64,000 nt of DNA, from the NCBI GenBank assembly GCA_003020945.1, contig PXRU01000003.1:72947-136946 (forward strand), in the 5' to 3' direction. The stretch comes from Halobacteriales archaeon QS_6_71_20. Its GTDB lineage: Archaea; Halobacteriota; Halobacteria; Halobacteriales; Haloferacaceae. Below, piece after piece: positions 1-10,095 of the stretch. The notes under the pieces are model-generated. The model made no database searches, had not been told where the DNA came from, and was given only the letters and a program-made list of their open reading frames with translations. The position numbers were made by a program, and so were the translations under genes. How positions within the stretch are numbered: the stretch's first letter is position 1; each line of letters opens with the position of its first letter.

Positions 1-202
1 CCGCGGAGGTTCACTGACGAGGAGATCGGATCCGCTCGGCGGGCGGCGCGACCGGTCGAGGCGGCACCGCCGGGGAAGAACCGTCCGGCGGTCCGTCCGT
101 GCTGGACGAGCGCGATTCGCCCATCGGGGCCGTTCACACGAGCCGGAGCCGTCGAACCGCCACACACGTGTACGCCGTCCGTCACCCGCCTTCGGCTGCG
201 CT

Positions 203-793
203 TCACCTCTCGGCGTCGCCTGCGGGCGGTGCCGTCTCCAGCCAGCGGACCACTTCCTGTGCGTGTTCGTCCGGCGGAAAGACCGGATAGAACACGTGCT
301 CGACGCGCCCGTCGTCGAGCACGAGCGTCAGCCGCTTCAACAGGTGTTCGCCGGCGACCTCGAACGTCGGGAGGTCGAGACGACCGGCGAACTCGAGGTC
401 GTCATCGCTGAGGAGCTGAAACGGGAGCTGAAGGCGATCCTGTGCCTCACGTTGGTACTCCGTCGACTGCACCGAGAGACCGTACACCCCGCCTACGCCA
501 CGCTCTCGGAGGTCCCGATAGTGATCACGAAAGGTACAGGCCTCCGGTGTGCAGCCTCTCGCCCCCGGAATCGAATCCCAGCCGTCCGGTATCACGTCTC
601 TATCTGGCCGCCCGGTCTTCGGGTAGCAGTACACGACGGTTCGGCCGGCTCGTTTCGAAAGATCGACCGTCGTCCCGTCAGTTGCGGTAAGCGCCACCGG
701 CGGAACAGTCGTATCTGGGAGGTGATCCGCACCGCCGTCGTCGTCCGGCTCCGGGAGATCGTCCGGAAGCGGGAACTCCTCGTTTCCGCTCAT
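203..793 (-). CDS. Peroxiredoxin (BCP/AhpC-TSA redoxin family)
   Basis: VVYCYPKTG...PGARGCTPEACTF peroxidatic motif; likely start MSGNEEF at 793. Confidence 0.9.
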   Translation of the reverse strand: MSGNEEFPLPDDLPEPDDDGGADHLPDTTVPPVALTATDGTTVDLSKRAGRTVVYCYPKTGRPDRDVIPDGWDSIPGARGCTPEACTFRDHYRDLRERGVGGVYGLSVQSTEYQREAQDRLQLPFQLLSDDDLEFAGRLDLPTFEVAGEHLLKRLTLVLDDGRVEHVFYPVFPPDEHAQEVVRWLETAPPAGDAER

Positions 794-868
794 GGGCGAT
801 ATACGAGCAGACTCGTGAAGTAATCGTTCGTGTCTATCGCGGCCGAAAGCCACGCGGCCCGGACAGCC

Positions 869-2698
869 TCACCCGGTGTAGTAGTACTCGCCCTCCCGTT
901 TCTGCTGGCGGTCGAGCTGGGAGTCGGGCTTGTTGATCCGCGGGCGCCCCGTCCGCTCGTCGCGGCGGAACGTGACGTCCAGGTCCGAGAGGAAGTCGTT
1001 CATCCCGGCGCGCATCTCTTGGGGCTGACTCGCGTGGCCCTCGACGGCCGGCTCGCCGTCGAACACCATCAGCCGGTCGGCCAGCAGGTCGATCATGTAG
1101 ATGTCGTGGTCGATGACCAGCACCGTCGCGTCGTGGTTCTCGGCGTACCGCCGGATCGCGGTCGTCGCCTGCACGCGCTGTTCGACGTCGAGGTGAGCCG
1201 ACGGCTCGTCCAGCAGGTACAGGTCGGCGTCCTCGGAGAGACACGCCGCGATGGCGACGCGCTGGCGCTCGCCGCCCGAGAGGTCGGTGAGGCGCTGTTC
1301 CATGATCGGGTTGAGCTGGAGCGGGCGCGCGACCTCGGTGTCCCAGTAGGAGGAGCCGAAGTCGTCGGCGATCGACGAGAGGAACGCGTCGACGCGCATC
1401 GGCTGGTCGATCTCGATGTACTGCGGCTTGTAGGCGATCTCCATCCCGAGGTCGAGAGCACCCTCGTCGGGTTCCAGCTTCCCCGCGAACAGCTTCGCCA
1501 GCGTCGACTTCCCGATCCCGTTGGGGCCGACGATGCCCAGCACCTCCGACTCGTGGACGGCGCCGCCGTCCACCTCCAGGGAGAACTCCCCGTCGCCGTA
1601 CGACTTCGCCATGTCGGGGTACTCGAACAGCACCCGACTCCGGGTGGTCTCCCGGGGCGCGTGGGCGTCGAAGGTGATCGCGTCGGGCCGAATCCGCATG
1701 TTCTCGTTGTCGAGATACCCCTTGAGGTACTCGTTGATGCCGTTGCGCGTGGACTTGGGGTCGGTGACGACGCCGTAGGCGCCGGGCTCGCCGTAGGTGA
1801 CGTGGAGCGTGTCCGCGAGCAGGTCCAAGATCGCGAGGTCGTGCTCCACGACCATCATCGAGCGCTCGCCGTCGTCGGCGAGTTCCCGGACGAGCCGCGC
1901 GGCCGTCATCCGCTGGCCGATGTCGAGGTACGGCGTGATCTCGTCGAGGAAGTAGAAGTCCGCGTCCCGCGCCAGCGTCGCCGCCAGCGCGACCCGCTGG
2001 AGCTCGCCGCCGGAGATGGAGTCGATGTCCTGGTCAATCACGGGGGCGATGTTCAGGCGCTCGACTAGCGAGTCGAGTTCGCCGCGCTCGTCGGTCGCCT
2101 CCAGCAGCTCCCGGGTGTTGCCGTCGAACCGCTTGGGGATCCGGTCGACGTACTGCGGCTTGCGCGCCACGCTGACGTCGCTGTCGACGACGCGTTCGAG
2201 GTAGTTCTGGAGCTCGGTTCCCTTGAACCGCTCCAGCACGGCGTCCCAGTTCGCTTCCTCGTCGTGGCGGCCGAGGTTCGGCACGAGCTCCCCGGAGAGC
2301 ATCTTCACGGCCGTCGACTTCCCGATCCCGTTGGGGCCGAGGATCCCCGTCACGTTGCCGGGCTCGGGCGCCGGCAGCCCGTACAGCCCGAAGGCGTTGT
2401 CGCCGTAGCGGTGGACCGGCTCGTCGTCCAGCTCCGAGGGGAGGTTGATGATCTCGATGGCGTCGAACGGACACTTCTCGACGCAGATGCCGCACGACTC
2501 GCCCAGACAGATCTCCTCGGAGATCCACACCTGGTCGGGGCCGCCGTCGTACGGCTCGCCCTCGTCGTAGCGGTCGCCGCGCTCGACGATGCAGTCCTTC
2601 CCGGTGCGGTTGGGCGGACAGAAGTTCGCGCACTCGTAGTTGCACCGGTCGGGCTGACACCGGTCGAGGTCGACGACCGCGATGCTGTCGTCCGCCAT
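869..2698 (-). CDS. rli: Ribosome recycling ATPase RLI/ABCE1
   Basis: N-terminal Fe-S cysteines (CQPDRC..C...C, CGICVEKCPF); two ABC domains (GPNGIGKS twice, SGGELQR/SGGERQR). Confidence 0.97.
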   Translation of the reverse strand: MADDSIAVVDLDRCQPDRCNYECANFCPPNRTGKDCIVERGDRYDEGEPYDGGPDQVWISEEICLGESCGICVEKCPFDAIEIINLPSELDDEPVHRYGDNAFGLYGLPAPEPGNVTGILGPNGIGKSTAVKMLSGELVPNLGRHDEEANWDAVLERFKGTELQNYLERVVDSDVSVARKPQYVDRIPKRFDGNTRELLEATDERGELDSLVERLNIAPVIDQDIDSISGGELQRVALAATLARDADFYFLDEITPYLDIGQRMTAARLVRELADDGERSMMVVEHDLAILDLLADTLHVTYGEPGAYGVVTDPKSTRNGINEYLKGYLDNENMRIRPDAITFDAHAPRETTRSRVLFEYPDMAKSYGDGEFSLEVDGGAVHESEVLGIVGPNGIGKSTLAKLFAGKLEPDEGALDLGMEIAYKPQYIEIDQPMRVDAFLSSIADDFGSSYWDTEVARPLQLNPIMEQRLTDLSGGERQRVAIAACLSEDADLYLLDEPSAHLDVEQRVQATTAIRRYAENHDATVLVIDHDIYMIDLLADRLMVFDGEPAVEGHASQPQEMRAGMNDFLSDLDVTFRRDERTGRPRINKPDSQLDRQQKREGEYYYTG

Positions 2699-2699
2699 C

Positions 2700-3011
2700 T
2701 TACGCCAGGTTGGCCGACAGGATGACGCCGTAGGAGATGAACCACAGCGTGAACGTCATGAACGCCACGTAGAGGTTGTCCTTGATGCCGAACTCCTCGA
2801 TATCGACGCCGAGGAGCTTCAGCAGCGGTATCTGCGCGAAGACGAAGCCCGCGACCACCAGCAGGGTGAGCCGACCCGTCGCCGCGTCGGCGGAGACCCC
2901 GAAGACAATCGCGGAAACGAGCGCCGCGGCGATCCCCGACAGACACGAGACGGTTGTGACCGTCACCCCGCGGAGGTGGTCGGAGAGCCCCGAAGCTGCT
3001 TCCGTGGCCAT
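2700..3011 (-). CDS. Small conserved membrane protein (EMC6-like), co-oriented upstream of rli
   Basis: 3 hydrophobic helices, GIKDNLYVAFMTF; 1-nt gap to rli. Confidence 0.7.
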   Translation of the reverse strand: MATEAASGLSDHLRGVTVTTVSCLSGIAAALVSAIVFGVSADAATGRLTLLVVAGFVFAQIPLLKLLGVDIEEFGIKDNLYVAFMTFTLWFISYGVILSANLA

Positions 3012-3123
3012 ACGCGACAGTCGACCAGCCGACGACAAAAGGGGTTCGCTTGCCGGAGGACGGCGACACCCCGAATAATGTTCCGTGAATCTTTAAGCGA
3101 GTGGCTTGTTTCGAATCGTAACG

Positions 3124-3462
3124 ATGGCCGCAACCGACGAGGAATCCCTCGACGACCTGCCCCCGAGCGCCAAACTCGTGTTCAAGGTTCTGGAGTACGA
3201 CGGGCCGCTGACGCAGAAGGGGATCGTCGAGGAATCGATGCTCTCCGCGCGGACGGTACGGTACGCGCTCGAACGACTCGAAAACATCGGCGTCGTCGAC
3301 GAGGACGTCTACTTCGCCGACGCGCGGCAGAACCTCTACCAGCTCACCGCCCCACAGACGGCGGAGGCCGACGGCGGGCAGAAGCCGGCGAACGCGGAGT
3401 CACGTACACAGAATGACTCGGACCGGGCTGAAGACGGGCGAGAAGCCTGCTGCGCGGAGTAA
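3124..3462 (+). CDS. Winged-helix (MarR/TrmB-like) DNA-binding protein
   Basis: LPPSAKLVFKVLEYDGPLTQKGIVEESMLSARTVRYALERL; TTTAAG box at ~3092. Confidence 0.85.
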   Translation: MAATDEESLDDLPPSAKLVFKVLEYDGPLTQKGIVEESMLSARTVRYALERLENIGVVDEDVYFADARQNLYQLTAPQTAEADGGQKPANAESRTQNDSDRAEDGREACCAE

Positions 3463-3597
3463 GCGCCACTGCGGTACCCGTCGTCCCACGACTGTCGTCG
3501 TCTGCCGGCTGAGCGCTCGACGAACACCGTTTTACTGTTCACACGGCGCCGTCGAAGAAACCGGACCGTCGCAACGGAAGATCGCGATCGGCACCGC

Positions 3598-4452
3598 TCA
3601 GCCCCGTCGATGGCTCGCGTACGTCCGGAGACGATATCCCACGTGACCCGCCGCGAACGCCGCCGCGGCACACGCCCAGAACACGAGGACGAACGGAAGG
3701 AGGAAGACGCCGAACAGCCACACCCCCAGCGCGAGGGCGAACGTGCCGGCAGTAACTGCGAGCAGCACCGCACCGACCCCCCAGCCGACCAGCAGGGAGC
3801 CGAGGGGTGAACTCGCGGCGACCGGGTCGGCGACGATGGCGTCGACGGCACGCCCGGCAGCGACCCGAAGCGACACGCCGTCGGCCTGCAGCGCGAACGG
3901 GACGGTCGTCCCGCCGACTCCGGCGACCGCCGCGGCACCGACGACGGTGACCACGACCGCGCCACCGAGCGCCGGCGAAAACACCAGTTGAACCAGCCCG
4001 TACGGCGAGAAGATCAGCGCGGTCGGCAGGAGGGGAACCGCGAGCGCAGGGACCGCCACGGCGACCCACCCGAGCGTTCCGGTCACGTTCGTCTCGGGGG
4101 CGTCGACGAGTGCGCGGACGACCAGCAGGTCCAGTCCGACGACGCTCGCCGCGAACGCGAGCGGGAACGTGGACAGTACGAGGAGGGACAGAACCGAGCC
4201 GACTCGACTGTCGAACGCCGACACCCCGAGGACCGCGGCGATCGCCGCGACCCCGCCCGCGAGCGAGAACGGAGCGAACACGGCGGCGATCGCGCTGCCG
4301 GCGACGACGAGAGCGTACGCGGTTCCGACGAGAAACACCAGCGCGAGGTTGTCTCGGATACCCCCGCGTTCAGCCGGCCCCGTCGACCCGAGACCGGACT
4401 CGCCGTGCGTTCCGCAGCGTCGCCGCTCCGGTGCGCCGTCACCGCGGTTCAT
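3598..4452 (-). CDS. Hypothetical multi-pass membrane protein
   Basis: 284-aa hydrophobic ORF; TTTTATA box on the minus strand at ~4474-4480. Confidence 0.65.
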   Translation of the reverse strand: MNRGDGAPERRRCGTHGESGLGSTGPAERGGIRDNLALVFLVGTAYALVVAGSAIAAVFAPFSLAGGVAAIAAVLGVSAFDSRVGSVLSLLVLSTFPLAFAASVVGLDLLVVRALVDAPETNVTGTLGWVAVAVPALAVPLLPTALIFSPYGLVQLVFSPALGGAVVVTVVGAAAVAGVGGTTVPFALQADGVSLRVAAGRAVDAIVADPVAASSPLGSLLVGWGVGAVLLAVTAGTFALALGVWLFGVFLLPFVLVFWACAAAAFAAGHVGYRLRTYASHRRG

Positions 4453-4712
4453 GATCGGTGCACACCTACGGGGTATAAAAGGGTAGCGTGCCGGCAGTTA
4501 CCGATCGGTCGGGGAGCCGGATGCGAGGTTTGAAATCGGAAGCCGGGACCACGGCGACGCGTGCGGTAACGACGACCGCGCGCCGTCGCGCGAACGTCCG
4601 GAGCCGGCCGGCGCGCGAACCGAACAGGCTCCGGTGTCAGCCCCCGAGTGAGATCCGGCTCCGAACCCGGCTCAGACGCCGACGGCCGACGCGCCGCCAC
4701 GGGGCCGGCTCC

Positions 4713-6578
4713 TCACGCCGGGACGACGGTGATCCGCCGCTTGCGGTCGATGGCGTCCTCCAGCTCCTCCGCGATGGCGCTGCCGCGGGACACCTGGATG
4801 TCGCCGCCGCGACCCACGGTGGCGGTGAACAGGTACTCGTCGTCGGCGCGCACCTCCACCGTCTCGCCGACGCCCTCGTCCATCCGGATCACCACGTGGC
4901 GGCCGGTGATCTCCGGCTGGACGACCTCCCCTTTCGGCTCGGGCGTCGGGGCGCCGTCGGCGGGCGACGAGCCGCCGCCGGGCCGCTCGTCGTGGGTCCG
5001 CACGTCGATGTCGATGCCGAGGCGGTTCTCGATGTCGGAGATGCGGCCGCCGCCCTTCCCGATGACGTAGCTGATGTCGTCCTCCTCGACGTAGACGACG
5101 GCGTCGTTCTGTCCCTGCAGCTCCACGTCGACGTGGCCGCGGGCGACCGAGCGGATCTCCCGTTCGATCTCCTGTTTGGCGAGCCGGCCGACGCCCGTCT
5201 GGTCGCGGCCGTCGCCCGTGCCGTCGAGCGGCACCGTGACGACCTGGTTGTTGAAGGTGTAGATCTCGTACTCCGGGACGCCCGTCTCGAAGTCGACCAC
5301 CTGGATCACCGGGCGCGAGAGGTCCTCCGCGGTGAGCCCTTCGGGCACCTTCACCTGCGTCGTCACGTCGTAGACGGTGTCGACGGCGCCGGCCTCGATG
5401 AACACGACGGTGTCGACCACCTGCGGGATCATCCCGAGCTCCACCCGGCCGACGAGCCGCTGGAGCGCGTCGATCGCCCGGGTCGCGTGGGTGACGCCGA
5501 CCATCCCGACGCCCGCGAGGCGCATGTCCGCGAACACCTCGAAGTCGTGAGTTTTGCGCACCTCGTCGTAGATGGTGTAGTCCGGCCGGACGAGCAGCAG
5601 CGAGTCCGCGGTGTTCGCCATGTCGCCGTCGAGGGCGGTGTACTGGGTGATCTCGTCGGACACCTGGAGGTCGCGCGGCTTCTCCATCGTCTTCACCGCG
5701 TAGTCGTTCTCGTTGAGGAACTCCGCGACCGCCTGCGCGAACGTGGACTTCCCGGCGCCGGGCGCCCCCGAGATGAGCACGCCCCGCTGGCGCTCGATGA
5801 AGCGCTCGCGCAGTTCGTCCGCGAACTCGTAGTCGTCCAGCGTCGTCTTCGCGATCGGGCGCACCGCCGTGATCTCGACGGCGTCGGAGAACGGCGGCCG
5901 CGCGACCGCGATCCGGTAGTCGCGGTACTGGACGATCGTCATCCCCGGCTCCGACAGCTCGACGAACCCCTGGCTCGACGCGCGGGCGGTCGCCTCCACC
6001 TCGTCGGCCCACTCGGTCATCCGCGCCTCGTCGCTGGGCTCGGCCCCGTCGACGTGGACGTAGTGGAGGTCGGCGATGTCGCCGCGTTTCGCCTTCGGAA
6101 CGGTGCCCGTCCGCAGGTGGACCGACATCGTGTCCTCGCTGAAGAACCGCTCGATGTCGAGCCCGTCGTCGGCGGTCACGTCCCGCGGCACCGGCTCGAC
6201 GTACTCCACGTCGAGCCCCATCGCCCGCGCGGCCTCCGACTGGACGAAATCGGAGGTGAGCAGCACCGCGTCGTGTTCGACCGCCAGGTCGCGGATCAAC
6301 GCGTCGACGTCGCCCTCGCCGGCCCCCCGCTGCTCGGCGACGCTCGGGCGCCGACCGACGAACTCGGCGTCGATCTTCCCTTCGGCCGCGAGCTCCGCGA
6401 GCCGCTGCAGCTCGCCGAGGCCGTCCCAGCCGGTGTCGCGACCGGCGTTGGCCTGCGCCTCCAGCTCGCCGACGACGGCCTCGGGAACGTGGACGGTCGC
6501 CCCGTCGTAGTCGCCGTCCGCGATGCGCTCCGACACGCGGCCGTCGATGACCGCGCTCGTGTCCGGCACGACGTTCAT
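4713..6578 (-). CDS. PINc/VapC-family ATPase with KH domains (PINA-type)
   Basis: N-terminal PIN (VVPDTSAVID), Walker A GAPGAGKST, C-terminal KH (VIGKGGGRI). Confidence 0.93.
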   Translation of the reverse strand: MNVVPDTSAVIDGRVSERIADGDYDGATVHVPEAVVGELEAQANAGRDTGWDGLGELQRLAELAAEGKIDAEFVGRRPSVAEQRGAGEGDVDALIRDLAVEHDAVLLTSDFVQSEAARAMGLDVEYVEPVPRDVTADDGLDIERFFSEDTMSVHLRTGTVPKAKRGDIADLHYVHVDGAEPSDEARMTEWADEVEATARASSQGFVELSEPGMTIVQYRDYRIAVARPPFSDAVEITAVRPIAKTTLDDYEFADELRERFIERQRGVLISGAPGAGKSTFAQAVAEFLNENDYAVKTMEKPRDLQVSDEITQYTALDGDMANTADSLLLVRPDYTIYDEVRKTHDFEVFADMRLAGVGMVGVTHATRAIDALQRLVGRVELGMIPQVVDTVVFIEAGAVDTVYDVTTQVKVPEGLTAEDLSRPVIQVVDFETGVPEYEIYTFNNQVVTVPLDGTGDGRDQTGVGRLAKQEIEREIRSVARGHVDVELQGQNDAVVYVEEDDISYVIGKGGGRISDIENRLGIDIDVRTHDERPGGGSSPADGAPTPEPKGEVVQPEITGRHVVIRMDEGVGETVEVRADDEYLFTATVGRGGDIQVSRGSAIAEELEDAIDRKRRITVVPA

Positions 6579-6739
6579 ACCGACGTTGGGGCCGGGAGCC
6601 GTTTAAGACTGCCTGCACGCGGCCGCGGGGGAGCGTCGACCGCCTCGTCGACGCCGTGAGCCGCGACGGGGACCGATCGCGGAGCCGGGAGCCCGCCGGC
6701 GACGCCGGAGTTATGCCCGCGCCGGCCGGGCGGGCGGGT

Positions 6740-7864
6740 ATGAGCGACCACGCCGCGAGCGCCGAGGAGCTTCGAGCGCTCGCCCGCGAGCTGGTGTCGA
6801 TCCCGAGCCACGACGACCCGACCGCCGCCGGCGACGCGATCGAGTCGTGGCTCCGCGCGGAAACCGACGCCGCCGTCGAGCGCGACGACCACGGCAACGT
6901 GTTCGCCCGGACCGGGGACCCGGCGGCGCCGACGCTCGCGCTCGTTGGCCACCACGACGTCGTGCCGCCGGGGGAGCCGCAGACGGAGGCGGGTCCCGAC
7001 GGCACGGAGTCGTACGTCGTCGAGGAGCGCGACGGCCGGCTGTACGGGCGCGGCAGCGCCGACATGAAGGGGGCCGTCGCCGCCGCGATGTGCGCCCTCC
7101 GGGACGCCGACCCCGACGGCTGCGAGCTGTGTTTCGCCTCGTTCGTCGGCGAGGAGCGCGGCGGGGTCGGCGCCCGCGCCGCCGTCGCGGACGGCTTCGC
7201 CCCGGAGTACGCCGTCGTCGGCGAGGGGTCGACGAACTACTCCGGCGAGGGCGTCACCGACGTCGTCGTCGCGCACAAAGGCCGGCGCGCGAGCACGCTC
7301 GTCGCGACGGGCGAGAGCGCGCACGCGAGCGTCCCCGGGGAGGGGGCGAACGCGGTGTACCGCGCCTGCGACGCGGTCGACGTGGTCCGCGATCTCCCGT
7401 TCCCGGAGACGACGGTGCGGGGCGAGCCGGTGCGCGGGAGCCTCGCGGTGACGGGGATCGACGGGGGGACCGCCTGGAACGTCGTCCCCGACGGCTGTGA
7501 GGTGACCGTCGACGAGCGGACGGTGCCGGGCGAGCGCGCGCCCCTGGAGCGGGTCGAGCGGGTCGACGGCGTCGAGTGGACGGTGGACCAGGACCTCCCG
7601 CCGATGGCCTGCTCGGACGGCGCGTTCGCCGACACGGCGTTGGCGGCGACCCGGGAGGCGCAGTCGGGGACGCCCGACCACGTCGTGAAGCCGCACGCGA
7701 CCGACGCGGGCTGGCTCGCCGAGACGGGCACCGCGTGCGTGATCTGCGGCGCCGCCGAGTCGGGCGAGGCCCACACCGACGGCGAGAGCGTCTCGCTGGA
7801 CGTGCTCGACCGGTGTTACCGGATCTACCGCGAGGTGGCCGAGCGGGCGAGCGCGTTCGCGTAG
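6740..7864 (+). CDS. M20/DapE-ArgE family metallopeptidase/deacylase
   Basis: GHHDVV, GRGSADMKG, GEE, EAHTDGE motifs. Confidence 0.92.
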   Translation: MSDHAASAEELRALARELVSIPSHDDPTAAGDAIESWLRAETDAAVERDDHGNVFARTGDPAAPTLALVGHHDVVPPGEPQTEAGPDGTESYVVEERDGRLYGRGSADMKGAVAAAMCALRDADPDGCELCFASFVGEERGGVGARAAVADGFAPEYAVVGEGSTNYSGEGVTDVVVAHKGRRASTLVATGESAHASVPGEGANAVYRACDAVDVVRDLPFPETTVRGEPVRGSLAVTGIDGGTAWNVVPDGCEVTVDERTVPGERAPLERVERVDGVEWTVDQDLPPMACSDGAFADTALAATREAQSGTPDHVVKPHATDAGWLAETGTACVICGAAESGEAHTDGESVSLDVLDRCYRIYREVAERASAFA

Positions 7865-7931
7865 CGGGTTATGCACTCGCGTGGCGGGTATGCGTTCGCG
7901 TGAGCCGCGGGCGCGTTCGCGTGGCGGGTAG
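7853..7931. repeat. Degenerate ~19-21 bp tandem repeat (4 copies, GCGTTCGCGTGGCGGGTA-like)
   Basis: Units start at 7853, 7873, 7892 and 7913. Confidence 0.7.
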
Positions 7932-7962
7932 TTGAAGGCAGACGGGCGGCAATTCTTACTCG

Positions 7963-9489
7963 ATGGCTACCGACGCACAGGGCGAGGCCGAGACGGCCGA
8001 CGCCTACGCGGAGCTGGTGGAGCGATTCGAGCGGATCAACGGGGTGCAGGGCGCCGCCGGGGTGCTCGGCTGGGACCAGCAGGTGATGATGCCCGAGGGC
8101 GGCACGCCCGCCCGCTCGAAGCAGCTGTCCGTGCTGTCGTCGCTGGGTCACGAGCTGCTCACCGACGACCGCACCGCGGAGCTGCTCGACGCCTGCGAGG
8201 AGCTCGACCTCGACGGGGAGCGGGCGGCACAGCTCCGGGAGATGCGCCGCGAGTTCGAGCGCGCCGACGCCGTGCCGACGGGGCTCGTCAAGGAGATCTC
8301 CGAGGCCTCCACCGAGGCGCTGAACGCCTGGGAGCGCGCCCGCGAGGAGGACGACTTCGACCGGTTCGCGCCGCACCTGGAGACGCTGGTCGAGCTGAAG
8401 CGCGACTACGCCGAACACATCGACCCCGACCGCGACGCCTACGCGGTGCTTTTCGAGGACTACGAGCCGTACCTCCCGCTGTCGCGGGCCGAGGAGATCC
8501 TGGAGACGCTGAAGGAAACGCTCGTCCCGATGATCGACGAGATCCGCGAGTCGGACGCCGACGTCGCCACCGACGCCTTCGCGGGCGAGTTCCCAACGGA
8601 CGAGCAGGAGGCGCTCTCCCGGGAGGTGCTCACGATGCTGGGGTACGACTGGGACCGCGGCCGCCTCGACCCCTCGACGCACCCGTTCACCTCCGGCAAC
8701 GTGTACGACTGCCGGGTCACGACGCGATACGACGAGTCGGACCCGCTCGGCGGCCTGATGGCGACCGTCCACGAGTTCGGCCACGCGTTCTACAACCTCG
8801 GGCTTCCCGAGGAGCAGTTCGGCACGCCGCTGGGGGAGTCGCGCGACCTCTCGATCCACGAGAGCCAGTCGCGCCTCTGGGAGAACCACGTCGGGCGGTC
8901 GCCGGCGTTCTGGGAGCTGGTGACGCCGAAGTTCGCCGAGCGCTTCGACACGGACGCCACGCCCTGGGAGGCGTACGAGTCGGCCAACCGGGTGTACGAG
9001 AACAACCTCATCCGCGTCGAGGCCGACGAGCTCACATACCACCTCCACATCGTCATCCGGTTCGAGATCGAGCGGGCGCTGATCTCGGGGGAGCTCGACG
9101 TCGAGGACGTGCCGGAGGCCTGGAACGACAAGTACGAGGAGTACCTGGGGATCCGCCCCGACACCGACACGGAGGGCTGTCTGCAGGACATCCACTGGAG
9201 CCACGGCAACTTCGGCTACTTCCCGACGTACTCGCTGGGGTCGGTGCTTTCGAGCCAGCTGTTCAACGCCGCCGAGGACGACATCGGCGACGTCTACGGC
9301 ACGGTCCGCGGCGGCGACTTCGAGCCCCTCCAGGAGTGGCTCCGCGAGAACGTCCACCGCCACGGGAGCCGCTACGAGACGAACGAGCTGGTGCGGGAGG
9401 CCACCGGCGAGGACTTCACCGCCGACTACTTCGTCGACTACGTCCGCACGAAGTACGGCGACCTGTACGACCTGAAGGAGTCGGTGTAG
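7963..9489 (+). CDS. Carboxypeptidase M32 (Taq-type)
   Basis: HPF, TVHEFGHA (HEXXH), IHESQSRLWEN, IRVEADE, GCLQDIHW, GYFPTYSLG. Confidence 0.96.
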   Translation: MATDAQGEAETADAYAELVERFERINGVQGAAGVLGWDQQVMMPEGGTPARSKQLSVLSSLGHELLTDDRTAELLDACEELDLDGERAAQLREMRREFERADAVPTGLVKEISEASTEALNAWERAREEDDFDRFAPHLETLVELKRDYAEHIDPDRDAYAVLFEDYEPYLPLSRAEEILETLKETLVPMIDEIRESDADVATDAFAGEFPTDEQEALSREVLTMLGYDWDRGRLDPSTHPFTSGNVYDCRVTTRYDESDPLGGLMATVHEFGHAFYNLGLPEEQFGTPLGESRDLSIHESQSRLWENHVGRSPAFWELVTPKFAERFDTDATPWEAYESANRVYENNLIRVEADELTYHLHIVIRFEIERALISGELDVEDVPEAWNDKYEEYLGIRPDTDTEGCLQDIHWSHGNFGYFPTYSLGSVLSSQLFNAAEDDIGDVYGTVRGGDFEPLQEWLRENVHRHGSRYETNELVREATGEDFTADYFVDYVRTKYGDLYDLKESV

Positions 9490-9586
9490 GATCGGTCGCG
9501 AATGGAGTTCGCTTCGCCGTAAACGCCGTTTTCGTTCGCTGGACTGTCCCATCGGTTGTCAGTCTCGATACCGCGGGGGCCACTTC

Positions 9587-9699
9587 GGAAGCCCCCGCGG
9601 CTGTCGGGTCGGGGGCCTCGCTGCGCTCCTCGGCCTTCGACCTGCGGTGCTTGCTTCGGCCGCCTTCCCCGACAGCCGCGGCCCCTTCCATTCCCACCC
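9587..9699 (-). repeat. REP-like structured repeat, copy A
   Basis: GGGTGGGAATGGAAGGGGCC...AAGCACCGCAG...GGGGGCTTCC on minus; perfect 14-bp inverted repeat 9595-9608/9668-9681. Confidence 0.8.
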
Positions 9700-9868
9700 G
9701 TGGGTCGGATGGGCCAAGCGTCATCCCCGTTTGTACGGTGTGCACGAACCGCGGTCGGTGGCGTGCGCCGGCGGACCTCCAGTGTCCGCCAAGCGCGCGA
9801 GGGATGAGCGAGGGAGCATGGCGACCGAGCGAATCGGCTGGGGAGGTCGCGGGCCGTGCGGCGGCGTC

Positions 9869-9997
9869 GGGTGGGACTGAAAGGGGCCGGGCGTCCGCGG
9901 GAAGCCCGGGGCCGCAAGCACCGCAGCGGCGTGAGCGAAGCGAACGGAGCGGGGAGCACAGCGTGTCCCGCGCGACCGCAGACGCCCGGGGGCTTTC
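9869..9997 (+). repeat. REP-like structured repeat, copy B
   Basis: GGGTGGGACTGAAAGGGGCC...AAGCACCGCAG...GGGGGCTTTC; inverted repeat 9887-9900/9976-9989. Confidence 0.8.
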
Positions 9998-10095
9998 GGG
10001 AACCACCGTCTCGCGGTGACACGGACGGAAGCGACGAGCCGCGATCCGCCAATTTATCACGCGAACAATTCCACTCTCCGACCGATCATCGATCG

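Noticed and set aside
1-200. Possible partial gene at the window start
   Set aside because: No recognisable motif in any frame within the visible sequence
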